Of a DNA stretch of 12,562 nucleotides, positions 1-8,132 are shown one piece after another. Position 1 is the stretch's first letter. Every line of letters begins with the position of its first letter. The notes beneath the pieces are model-generated. The model was not told the DNA's origin. It did no database searches and saw nothing but the letters and a program-made list of their open reading frames with translations. The DNA lies in assembly GCA_046597055.1 (NCBI GenBank), contig JBKJLC010000096.1, forward strand, positions 1-12,562, given 5' to 3'. Source of the stretch: Kofleriaceae bacterium (GTDB lineage Bacteria; Myxococcota_A; Polyangia; Haliangiales; Haliangiaceae). Made by a program: the position numbers and the translations under genes.

Positions 1-75
<75 letters not shown>

Positions 76-109
76 TCAGGTGCCGTCGTTCTGTCTCGAC
101 TGGGAGGGC

Positions 110-138
110 TAAATGCCATGGCTGGCGGCGGGCGTCAA
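110..138 (-). promoter_or_regulatory. Candidate sigma70-type promoter for tRNA-fMet
   Basis: Minus strand TTGACG (138-133, overlapping the kinase stop codon), 17-nt spacer, then CATTTA (115-110) preceded by TGn. It lies ~35 nt upstream of the tRNA 5' end. The -10 match is imperfect. Confidence 0.35.
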
Positions 139-1250
139 GGTCCTGGGCAGAAAAGTCGGGGCGGGGATCGGGGTAGGGTCACGGTGAAGGTCGTGCCGTC
201 GGTGGCTGAGGAGCGGACCTCGAGCTGGCCGGCGTGGGCACGCACGATCTCGGAGGCGACGTAGAGGCCGACGCCCAGACCGGCGCGATGAGCGCGGCGC
301 TGGCGGAAGGGCTCGAACAGGTGCGGGATCGCGTCGGTCGGGATCGCCTCGCCGCGGTTGCGGACGCTGACGACGACGGTGGCGTCCTCGCCGCGCAGGG
401 CGATGTGGATCGGGTCCTCGCCGTGCGCGAGGGCGTTGCCGAGCAGCTTGGTGACGAGCTGGGCGATGCGGTCGGGGTCCCAGGTGCCCGCGAGGTCGCC
501 GTCGGTGACGAGCTCGAGCGCACGAGTCGGATGCGCGGCGCCCAGCTCGCCCATCAGCGGGCGGACCAGCGCGCCGAGCTCCGTGGGCTCGGCCTCGATC
601 GGGATGCCGCCGCCGAGTCGGCAGTGAGCGAGATCGACCAGGTCGCGGATCATCCGCGCCATGCGACGGGCGCCGGCGTCGACCTTGCGAAGCGAACCGA
701 CGTGCGCTGCGGGCATGTCGCGGGTCCGGGCCAGGTACTGGGCGGTCGTGCTGATGCCGGCGAGGGGATTGCGCAGGTCATGGGCGATGACGCCCCCCAG
801 CTCCGCGCGGAACTGGCGGACCTGGCGGAGCTCGTCGACCATGCGCTCGCGCTCGCGCTCGCGCTGCTTGCGATCCGTGATGTCGGTGCAGACGCCGAGC
901 ACGCGGCGGCTGAGGTCGGCCTCGCCCGCGACCCGCCGGCCGCACGTCTCGACCCAGCGGACCTCGCCGCCGCCACGCACGATGCGGTACTCCAGCTGGT
1001 GCGGCGCGCCGTCGGTCGCGCTCGTCTGGATGGCCGACCGGACCTGGCGGCGATCGTCGGGGTGGATGTCACGCGTATGGGCTTCGAACGTGCCGGCGAA
1101 GCTGCCCTCGGGAATGCCGTGGATCCGCTCGAGCGTCGTCGACCACGTGACCGCGCCCGTGACCACGTCCCACTCCCACGTCCCCATGCGGCCCGCCTCG
1201 AGCGCGAGGCGCAGGCGCTCGTCGCTCGGTGGACTCGAATGCTCGCCCAT
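135..1250 (-). CDS. Cytoplasmic PAS-domain sensor histidine kinase (PAS/PAC-HisKA-HATPase_c), 371 aa
   Basis: PAS_3/PAC-like N-terminus (GTWEWD...IHPDDR...EYRI...RWV...GVCTDITDRK), H-box AHDLRNPL, N-box LLGNALAHG, F-box LFEPF, G2 box GLGVGL. No transmembrane segment. Confidence 0.92.
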   Translation of the reverse strand: MGEHSSPPSDERLRLALEAGRMGTWEWDVVTGAVTWSTTLERIHGIPEGSFAGTFEAHTRDIHPDDRRQVRSAIQTSATDGAPHQLEYRIVRGGGEVRWVETCGRRVAGEADLSRRVLGVCTDITDRKQRERERERMVDELRQVRQFRAELGGVIAHDLRNPLAGISTTAQYLARTRDMPAAHVGSLRKVDAGARRMARMIRDLVDLAHCRLGGGIPIEAEPTELGALVRPLMGELGAAHPTRALELVTDGDLAGTWDPDRIAQLVTKLLGNALAHGEDPIHIALRGEDATVVVSVRNRGEAIPTDAIPHLFEPFRQRRAHRAGLGVGLYVASEIVRAHAGQLEVRSSATDGTTFTVTLPRSPPRLFCPGP

Positions 1251-1256
1251 GCGCGG

Positions 1257-1265
1257 ATTCTGGCA
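1257..1265 (-). promoter_or_regulatory. Candidate extended -10 (TGC-CAGAAT) 6 nt upstream of the kinase ATG, suggesting a leaderless mRNA
   Basis: Minus strand TGCCAGAATCCGCGC-ATG; no Shine-Dalgarno sequence. Confidence 0.4.
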
Positions 1266-1310
1266 CGATCGGCCCGAGGCCGGCCGCCGGCGGGCGTCAG
1301 CTGCGGGGTG

Positions 1311-3050
1311 TCAATTGTCGGACCACGGCACGCGCGCGGTCGGGTAGTTCAGGTAGAACCACCAACCAGGCACGCCGTTGACGTCCTTGTCGTCGTGGCT
1401 CGCGCAGTTGTTGGTGCCGCCCGGCAGCAACGAGCTCAGCGGCTGGCCACCGACGATCGGGAAGGTGGTCGGGATGATCGTCGTGTTGGCATCGGTCTCG
1501 CTGATGAAGCCCATCAGGAGCCCGTTGGTCATGGTCGTCGCCGGATTGCCCGCGTAGGTCGCGGCGAAGCGCGCGTTGCGCAGCGTGATCGGGATGCCGC
1601 CGAGGTCGAGCGTCACGGTCACCGCGTTGGTCACGAAGCACGGCCCACTGGTGGCGGTGATCGCCGGCATGTACTGGGACCGGATCGTTCCCGGCAAGAA
1701 CGTCAGACACTGACCGGCTGACATGTTGGTCGCGGTCGCCAGGATGACCTGGTCGCCGCTCGGCGAACACCGAGTCGACCCGACCGGTGCGGTGCAGTTG
1801 GCGAAGTGCAGCTCGACCGGCTGGGTGGCGGCCGACTGGTTGTAGTTGCGGAACACCAGCGTCGGCGCGAGATCGAGCAGGCCGTCGGCATCGCCGTCCA
1901 TCGTGATGTTGTCGCGCAGCTCGTCGTTGACCGAGAACCCCAGCGCGCCGTGGGGCGTGACGTCGCGACAGCCGAGGAAGCTGACGAACGCGTGCGGGTC
2001 GCGCAGATCGAGGTCGGTGAAGCGGAACGCGACCACCGGCACCCGGCACAGGTTCGAGCAGGCGTCGGTGTCGACCTGGTTGCCATCGTCGCACTGCTCG
2101 CCGGCCTCGACGACGGCGTTGCCGCACCGAGGCATGCAGGTGTCGTCGTTGGTGGCGTTGCAGGTGCCCGGGCAACACTGGTCGCCATTGGCGCAGGCGG
2201 TGATGGCCGGGAACGCGCACGCCGCGGTGCAGGTGCCGCCGTCGCGCAGCGTGTTGGTCGTGCACGCGACGTTGTCGTTGCACGTGAGCAGGGTCGGACA
2301 GGCGCCCGCGCCGATGGCGATCGCGGTGTCGCAGGTCTCGCCGGCGTCGACCACGCCGTTGCCGCAGCCCGGGCCGCAGTCGCGGTCGGTGATCGGCGTG
2401 GCGCCGGGCGGGCAGCAGGTGTCGCCGTCGATCGGCTGCGTGATCGGCGTGGCGACGCAGGTCGCCTGGCACGAGCCCCCCATCGTGAGCGCGTCGGTGG
2501 TGCACGACTGACCGTCGTTGCACGTGGTCGGGCACGCGCCGGCGCCGGCGGTGATCGCGGTGTCGCACGCCTCGCCGGCCTCGACCAGGCTGTTGCCGCA
2601 GGCCGGGTCGCAGTCGCTGTCGGTCAGGCTGTTGGCGCCGGGCGGGCAGCAGCCGTCAGCGTTGACCGGCACGGCGATCGGCGAGCTCATACAGGCGGCG
2701 GTGCAATCGGACCCCGACAGCACGTCGGAGGTACAGGCCAGGCCGTCGTCGCACGCGGTCGGGCAGCGGCCGGCGGCGGTGGTCGCGCCCAGATCGCACA
2801 GCTCGCCGAGGTCAGCTTCGACGATGCCGTTGCCGCAGGTGAACTGGCAGGTCGGATCGCAGACCGGATCGAGCAGCGTGTCGCCGTCGTCGCAGTCCTC
2901 GTCGCCCTCGACCAGGCCGTCGCCGCAGGTCGTGGTTGGCCGCGGGGCCGCGTCGGGCCCGATGGGCGCGAGGTTGTCGCCGCAGGCGGCGAGCGCGAAC
3001 AGCAGCGCGAGAGGTCCGAGCGCCGGACGGATACGACGAGGTGTGTTCAT
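1311..3050 (-). CDS. Lipoprotein with myxobacterial cysteine-rich repeats (DUF4215/Myxo_disulf_rpt-like) and an unrecognised C-terminal domain, 579 aa
   Basis: Start reassigned from the track (4256) to ATG 3050, which has GGGGGAG upstream. Signal peptide MNTPRRIRPALGPLALLFA-LAAC has lipobox Cys23. There are five CG(D/N)xxV(E/D)..E.CD motifs. Confidence 0.88.
   Translation of the reverse strand: MNTPRRIRPALGPLALLFALAACGDNLAPIGPDAAPRPTTTCGDGLVEGDEDCDDGDTLLDPVCDPTCQFTCGNGIVEADLGELCDLGATTAAGRCPTACDDGLACTSDVLSGSDCTAACMSSPIAVPVNADGCCPPGANSLTDSDCDPACGNSLVEAGEACDTAITAGAGACPTTCNDGQSCTTDALTMGGSCQATCVATPITQPIDGDTCCPPGATPITDRDCGPGCGNGVVDAGETCDTAIAIGAGACPTLLTCNDNVACTTNTLRDGGTCTAACAFPAITACANGDQCCPGTCNATNDDTCMPRCGNAVVEAGEQCDDGNQVDTDACSNLCRVPVVAFRFTDLDLRDPHAFVSFLGCRDVTPHGALGFSVNDELRDNITMDGDADGLLDLAPTLVFRNYNQSAATQPVELHFANCTAPVGSTRCSPSGDQVILATATNMSAGQCLTFLPGTIRSQYMPAITATSGPCFVTNAVTVTLDLGGIPITLRNARFAATYAGNPATTMTNGLLMGFISETDANTTIIPTTFPIVGGQPLSSLLPGGTNNCASHDDKDVNGVPGWWFYLNYPTARVPWSDN
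2046..2927 (-). repeat. Intragenic Cys-rich repeat array: two short flanking CGxG..E.CDDG units and three ~79-aa super-repeats (starting at 2837, 2600 and 2366)
   Basis: Translation shows units of 79, 78 and 80 aa sharing CGN..E.CD....AG.CPT..C.D...CT...L....C.A.C...I.....D.CCP........D..C. Confidence 0.85.
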
Positions 3051-3165
3051 GGTCTGACTCCCCCGAGTCGCGCGGGAGCGTACGCGAGCGCCCGAGGCCG
3101 GTTCAAGGCGCCCGGCCAGGCAGCCGACGCGCGCCGCGCGGCCAGCCCGGGGTCCGCGCCGGTAG

Positions 3166-3174
3166 TGATACGGT
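3166..3174 (+). promoter_or_regulatory. Candidate extended -10 (TGA-TACGGT) 8 nt upstream of the cyclase ATG
   Basis: TGATACGGTGCCGTCGA-ATG fits TGnTAnnnT; no Shine-Dalgarno sequence. Confidence 0.45.
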
Positions 3175-3182
3175 GCCGTCGA

Positions 3183-5420
3183 ATGGCGCCGCCCCGGCAC
3201 CGCACGCGCAACTGGCCCCTGGTCGCTGCCGTCATCGCTGCGATCGGATGTGTCGTGGCCTACGCCGGTCACGGCCAGGGACTCGCCGTCCCGGGCCTCG
3301 ACGACCTCGAGCGCCGCACGATCGACCTGCGCTTCCGCACGCGTGGCCCGCTGCCGCTCCGCGACAACCGGATCGTCATCATCGGGCTCGACGACCAGAC
3401 CCGGCGCGAGGCGCCCGACGTGTTCCAGACCCGGCGCGGCTGGGCGCGGTTGATCACGGCGCTGGCCACCCACGAGCCGCGCGCGATCGCGCTCGATCTG
3501 TTCTTCTCGGCGCCCGAGGTGCTGCTGCCGGACGCCCTGCCCGACCAGGTCCGCGCCGCCGCGGCCGCGGTCGCCGCGGAGCCGGCGCCGTCGCCGGCGC
3601 TGACCCAGGCCGGGCTCGCGCTGGCCGGCGTGGTCGAGGCCCTGCGTGGCGACGAGGTGCTGGCGTCGGCGGTCGCCGACGCGCGCGTGGTGTACCTCGG
3701 CGCGGCGCTGCGGATCATCGAGCGCGCCGACCAGCGTCCGGCGACGCCCCCGCTGCTGCCGGTGGGCCTCGAGAAGGCCGAGGTCGGCGAGGCGGTCGGG
3801 GGCCCCGGCGCGCCCAGCGCGTTCGCCGCACTCTCGACCCTGCCCGCGATCGCGCGCGGCGCCGCCGGCGCCGGCGCGGTCAATCACTTCCGCGATCCCG
3901 ACGGGATCGCGCGCCGGCTGCCGCTGGTGATCGAGCTGGGCGGCCACTACGTCGCGTCGCTCGGGCTGGTGCTGGCCGGGCTCGCGACCGACCAGCCGCT
4001 CCGCTACGTCGCGCCCGATCAGGTCTCGCTGGGCGGCCGCGTGATCGCCAGCCGCGGCACCACGGTGCGCCTCGACTACCTCGGCCAGCCGTTCCCGCGG
4101 GTGAGCGCCGCCGACGTCCTCGCCGGACGGGTGCCGGCCGGCTCGCTCGCGCACAAGCTCCTCCTGGTCGGCTACACCCATGCCGCCTACGACAAGGTCC
4201 CGACCCCGTACGATCCCTTGACCGACGGCGTCGAGCTGCACGCGACGCTGCTGCACAACCTGCTCTACGAGGGCGTCCTCACCGACGGCGGTCGCCCGCT
4301 CGGCCTGGCCGCGGTGCTCGCGCTCGGCGTGTGCGGCGCCCTGCTCCAGCTGCGGGCGGTGCGGCGCCGGCCGTGGCTCCCGATCGTCGGCGCCCTGGCG
4401 GTGCTGGCGCTGTGGATCCTGCTGGCGCAGCTCGCGTTCGAGCGCCGCGGGATCGTGGTCGACCTGGTCGCGCCGTCGCTGGCGCTGGCGATCGTCATGA
4501 TCGTCGCGACCGCGGTGACGGTCGCGACCGAGGGCCGCGAAAAGGCCCGCCTGCGCAGCGCGTTCTCGCAGTACGTGTCGAAGACGCTGGTCGAGCGGAT
4601 CCTCGCCAATCCGGACGCCGCGACCCTCGGCGGCGAGCGCCGCGAGTTGACCGTGATGTTCTCCGACATCCGCGGCTTCTCACGGCTGTCCGAGACCCTG
4701 CCGCCCGAGCGGCTCGCCGGGTTCCTCAACGCGTACCTGACCCCGATGACCGACCTGGTGCTCGCCAGCGACGGCACCCTCGACAAGTACATCGGCGACG
4801 CGGTGATGGCGGTGTGGAACGCGCCGGTCGACGTGCCCGACCACGCCGAGCGCGCCTGCGGCACCGCGCTGGCCATGCTCGATCGCCTGCGCACGCTCAA
4901 CCAGCGCTGGCCGGCCGCGGGCTTGCCGACCGTGCAGATCGGGATCGGCCTCAACACCGGACCGATGGCGGTCGGCAACATGGGCTCCGAGGCCCGGTTC
5001 GACTACACCGTGCTCGGTGACGCCGTCAACCTCGCCGCCCGGCTCGAGGGCCTGACCAAGGAGTACGAGGTCGACGTGCTGGTCGGCGAGGCCACCCGGG
5101 CCGCCGCGACCAAGGGCTTCGTGTTTCGCGAGCTCGACTTCGTGCGGATCAAGGGCAAGGACCAGGTCGTCCGGATCTACCAGCTGTGCGGCCGGGTCGG
5201 TGCCTGCGCGCTCACCGGCGAGGATCTGATGGCGTGGAGCCGGATGCTGACCGCGTTCCGTGCCGCCGACTTCGCCACCGCCGACACCACCCTGCGCGCG
5301 CTCGCGCAGCGCCACCCGACCGACGGCCCGACCCGCGTCTTCCTGGCGCGGGTCCGCGAGCTGTCGCGGACGCCGCCCGGTCCCGACTGGGACGGCGTCT
5401 ACGAACAACGCTCGAAGTGA
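3183..5420 (+). CDS. Membrane-bound CHASE2-domain class III adenylate cyclase, 745 aa
   Basis: Start reassigned to ATG 3183 (MAPPRHRTRNWPLVAAVI). N-terminal TM, CHASE2 motifs (DLRFRTRG, IVIIGLDD, AIALDLFF, DPDGIARRLPL, DGVELHATLLHNLL), three TM helices, then cyclase motifs FSDIRGFS, DKYIGDAVMA, IGIGLNTG, YTVLGDAVNLAARLEG and a C-terminal WDGV tail. Lys in DKYIGD and Thr in DYTVLG are the ATP-specifying residues of class IIIb adenylate cyclases. Confidence 0.93.
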   Translation: MAPPRHRTRNWPLVAAVIAAIGCVVAYAGHGQGLAVPGLDDLERRTIDLRFRTRGPLPLRDNRIVIIGLDDQTRREAPDVFQTRRGWARLITALATHEPRAIALDLFFSAPEVLLPDALPDQVRAAAAAVAAEPAPSPALTQAGLALAGVVEALRGDEVLASAVADARVVYLGAALRIIERADQRPATPPLLPVGLEKAEVGEAVGGPGAPSAFAALSTLPAIARGAAGAGAVNHFRDPDGIARRLPLVIELGGHYVASLGLVLAGLATDQPLRYVAPDQVSLGGRVIASRGTTVRLDYLGQPFPRVSAADVLAGRVPAGSLAHKLLLVGYTHAAYDKVPTPYDPLTDGVELHATLLHNLLYEGVLTDGGRPLGLAAVLALGVCGALLQLRAVRRRPWLPIVGALAVLALWILLAQLAFERRGIVVDLVAPSLALAIVMIVATAVTVATEGREKARLRSAFSQYVSKTLVERILANPDAATLGGERRELTVMFSDIRGFSRLSETLPPERLAGFLNAYLTPMTDLVLASDGTLDKYIGDAVMAVWNAPVDVPDHAERACGTALAMLDRLRTLNQRWPAAGLPTVQIGIGLNTGPMAVGNMGSEARFDYTVLGDAVNLAARLEGLTKEYEVDVLVGEATRAAATKGFVFRELDFVRIKGKDQVVRIYQLCGRVGACALTGEDLMAWSRMLTAFRAADFATADTTLRALAQRHPTDGPTRVFLARVRELSRTPPGPDWDGVYEQRSK

Positions 5421-5436
5421 CCTTGCAGGAGCCCTG

Positions 5437-6300
5437 ATGACCGCTGTGATCGTCCTCGACTTCGACGGCACCATGACCGACGCCGAGGCGGAGGGTGCGC
5501 CGTTCCGCACCGGGTACATCGCCGACCTCAAGGTGCTGGTCGGCGCCGAGACCCCGGCAGCGCAGGCCCGGGTCGACGCGATCATCGCGCGGGTCGAGGC
5601 CGAGCTGGCCCGGGCGCCCGAGCGCCATCCGTTCCGGTGGGCCGGCCGCGCGGTCGCGCCGGCGTCGGTCGACCCGTACCTGCGCATGGTCCCGATCGCG
5701 AGCGCGATCTTCGACGAGCACGGGGTGTTCCCCGGCGAGCTGGACCGAGGCCGGCTGTGCGGCGGCGTGCTCTACCGATACAACTACGAGCGCACCCTGG
5801 GCCGGCCGGTGTTCCGCGCCGGCGCCGGCGCGACGCTGCAGGCGCTGGCCGGCACCGACACCTTCGTGGTGACGAACTCGCACACCGCCGCGGTCCAGGA
5901 CAAGATCCGGCGGCTCGACGCCGAGGTCGGTGGGGTCGCGTGGCTGGCCGAGCGGGTCCGTGGCGACGCCCGCAAGTTCGATCTCGACGACGCCTGGGAC
6001 GGCGCGCCGCCCGAGCTGCAGGTCCCCGGTCTCGAGCGCCCGGTGCTGCTGCGCCGGCGGCGCTACCACGATCGCTTGCGCGAGATCCTCGATCCGCTGG
6101 GGGCGAGCTTCGCGGAGCTGACCGTGATCGGCGACATCTTCGAGCTCGACCTCGCGCTGCCGCTCGCGCTCGGGGCCCGGGTCGGGCTGGTGGTGTCGCC
6201 GCATACCCCCGCGTACGAGCAGGCCTTCGTCGCCGCCCATCCGCGCGGGCGCGTCATCCACGACCTGACGACCGTGCCGGCCTGGGCCCGGGGCGCGTGA
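5437..6300 (+). CDS. HAD-superfamily hydrolase (putative phosphatase/nucleotidase), 287 aa
   Basis: Start reassigned to ATG 5437 (AGGAG at 5427-5431; 16 nt after the cyclase stop). Motif I VLDFDGT, motif II VVTNS, motif III DARK, motif IV IGDIFELD. Confidence 0.8.
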   Translation: MTAVIVLDFDGTMTDAEAEGAPFRTGYIADLKVLVGAETPAAQARVDAIIARVEAELARAPERHPFRWAGRAVAPASVDPYLRMVPIASAIFDEHGVFPGELDRGRLCGGVLYRYNYERTLGRPVFRAGAGATLQALAGTDTFVVTNSHTAAVQDKIRRLDAEVGGVAWLAERVRGDARKFDLDDAWDGAPPELQVPGLERPVLLRRRRYHDRLREILDPLGASFAELTVIGDIFELDLALPLALGARVGLVVSPHTPAYEQAFVAAHPRGRVIHDLTTVPAWARGA

Positions 6301-6319
6301 TCGTCCGGCTTGCGCCCGC

Positions 6320-6348
6320 GCGTGACGGCCGCTGAAAGGCGGCCACGC
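6320..6348 (+). other. Intergenic GAAA-tetraloop stem-loop
   Basis: GCGT[GAC]GGCCGCT-GAAA-GGCGGCC-ACGC forms a 7-bp upper stem, a 3-nt bulge and a 4-bp lower stem. Only TT follows, so it is not a canonical intrinsic terminator. Confidence 0.5.
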
Positions 6349-6377
6349 TTGACCTGGAGCGTCCGACCCGCGACGCT
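6349..6377 (+). promoter_or_regulatory. Candidate sigma70-type promoter for the BKACE gene
   Basis: TTGACC (6349-6354), 17 nt, GACGCT (6372-6377), 9 nt, ATG. No Shine-Dalgarno sequence; the -10 is weak. Confidence 0.35.
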
Positions 6378-6386
6378 GCTCGCGTC

Positions 6387-7250
6387 ATGAGCCTCGACGA
6401 CAAGGTGATCATCTCGTGCGCGCTCACCGGTGCGGTGACGACCAAGAAGCACTGCCCGGCGATCCCGTACACGCCGGTCGAGATCGCCGAGGAGGCCCGC
6501 CGGGCCTACGAGGCGGGCGCCACGATCGTCCACATCCACGCCCGCACCGATGAAGGCGCGCCGTCGTGGTCGCGCGACGTGTTCGCGCGGATCATGGAGG
6601 AGACCCGGGCCCGCAGCCCGGTGCTGATCAACTGGTCGACCGGCGGCGCCGGCCCGATGTCCGAGCGGGTCTCGCACCTGGCGCTGCGGCCGCAGATCGC
6701 CGCGCTCAACATGGGCTCGATGAACTACGCGAAGTGGAACGCCAAGAAGCAGGACTTCGCGTTCAAGTTCATCTTCGCCAACGCGTTCGAGGACATCATC
6801 GCGTTCGCGCGGGCGATGAAGGCGAGCGGCGCCAAGCCCGAGATGGAGTGCTTCGACACCGGCCACCTGTACTCGCACACGGTGCTCGAGGACATGGGCC
6901 TGCTCGAAAAGCCCTATCACTTCTCGTTCATCATGGGCGTGCTCGGTGGCATCCCGGCGACCGCCCGCCACCTCGCGTTCCAGGCCCAGAATGTCCCGGC
7001 CGGCTCGCGCTGGAAGGTCGTCGGCATCAGCCGCGATCAGTGGCCGCTGGCGATGGCCGCGCTCAGCCTGGGCGGCGACGTCCGGGTCGGCCTCGAGGAC
7101 AACTTCTACCTACCCGAGGGCACCATGGCCGCGTCGAACGGCGACCTGGTGGCAGCGGCGGTGCAGATGGCGAAGCTGGCCGGGCGCTCGCCGGCCACGC
7201 TCGAAGAGACCAAGCAGACCCTCTGGCCCCAGGGCGGGATGAACCCGTAA
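6387..7250 (+). CDS. Beta-keto acid cleavage enzyme family protein (BKACE/DUF849, Kce-like), 287 aa
   Basis: [21 protein letters not shown], metal-binding HIH ([10 protein letters not shown]), [25 protein letters not shown]. Confidence 0.93.
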   Translation: MSLDDKVIISCALTGAVTTKKHCPAIPYTPVEIAEEARRAYEAGATIVHIHARTDEGAPSWSRDVFARIMEETRARSPVLINWSTGGAGPMSERVSHLALRPQIAALNMGSMNYAKWNAKKQDFAFKFIFANAFEDIIAFARAMKASGAKPEMECFDTGHLYSHTVLEDMGLLEKPYHFSFIMGVLGGIPATARHLAFQAQNVPAGSRWKVVGISRDQWPLAMAALSLGGDVRVGLEDNFYLPEGTMAASNGDLVAAAVQMAKLAGRSPATLEETKQTLWPQGGMNP

Positions 7251-7260
7251 GGTCGCGACC

Positions 7261-8118
7261 ATGTCGACCGAAGAGCTCGCCGCGACGCCCCTCAGCCGTT
7301 TTGCCGCCGAGCTCGCGATCGCCACCGAGCTGGCGCGGTCCGCCGGGCTGATGGCGGTGCAGCTGCGCGACCAGGGCCTCGACGCGCTCGGCGTCGAGCA
7401 CAAGGCCGGCGACGAGCCGGTCACGATCGCCGACCGGGCCGCCTCCGAGGAGATCCTGATGGGGCTCGCCCGCGAGTTCCCCGGCGACGCGGTGGTGAGC
7501 GAGGAGCTCGAGGACGACCTGTCGCGGATCGGCGCCGACCGGGTGTGGTTCATCGACCCGATCGACGGCACCGCCGACTTCATCGCGGGCCGCGAGGGGT
7601 TCGCGGTCATGATCGGCCTGTGCGTCGGCGGTCGGCCGGTGATGGGCGTGGTCTATCAGCCGACCCAGGACCGCATGTTCTGGGCAGCCGACGACGTGGG
7701 CGCCTGGTTCGAGGCGCCGGACACGGCGCCCCGGCGGCTGCGCGTGTCCGACGTCGCGGCGTTGTCGGAGCTGCGCATGGTCGCGTCGCGATCGCACCGC
7801 TCGCCGGTGCTCGACGAGGTCAAGAGCGCGCTCGGCATCTCCGACGAGGTCAACATCGGCTCGGTCGGGCTCAAGCTCGGGTTGATCGCGCTCGCCGAGC
7901 GCGACCTGTACGTGAACCCGTGGCCCCGCTGCAAGGCGTGGGACACCTGCGGCCCCGAGGCGATCCTGGTCGCGGCCGGCGGCGTGATGACCGACTGCCA
8001 TGGCAACGCGCTCCGGTACGATGAGGCGAGCCTCGCGCGACCGTTCGGGCTGATCGCCTCGAACGGCCGGGTCCATGACGAGGTGCTCGCGCGCGTGCGG
8101 CACCTGTTTCCCCGCTGA
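7261..8118 (+). CDS. cysQ: 3'(2'),5'-bisphosphate nucleotidase CysQ-like (inositol monophosphatase superfamily), 285 aa
   Basis: K..DEPVTIAD, VVSEE, WFIDPIDGTADF, ASRSH, GSVGLKLGLIA, WDTCGPEAILVAAGG. The ASRSH and GS..K segments favour CysQ over SuhB. Confidence 0.82.
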   Translation: MSTEELAATPLSRFAAELAIATELARSAGLMAVQLRDQGLDALGVEHKAGDEPVTIADRAASEEILMGLAREFPGDAVVSEELEDDLSRIGADRVWFIDPIDGTADFIAGREGFAVMIGLCVGGRPVMGVVYQPTQDRMFWAADDVGAWFEAPDTAPRRLRVSDVAALSELRMVASRSHRSPVLDEVKSALGISDEVNIGSVGLKLGLIALAERDLYVNPWPRCKAWDTCGPEAILVAAGGVMTDCHGNALRYDEASLARPFGLIASNGRVHDEVLARVRHLFPR

Positions 8119-8132
8119 CGCGTCGCGCGCCG

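Noticed and set aside
1806..3182. N-terminal extension giving a 1204-aa cyclase
   Set aside because: It is antisense to the lipoprotein gene. The first TM helix and promoter-like motif place the start at 3183.
3051..4256. N-terminal extension giving a 981-aa minus-strand protein
   Set aside because: It is the antisense shadow of the cyclase. The signal peptide, lipobox and SD place the real start at 3050.
4560..5200. Guanylate or diguanylate cyclase assignment
   Set aside because: There is no GGDEF motif, and the Lys/Thr specificity residues indicate ATP rather than the Glu/Cys pair of guanylate cyclases.
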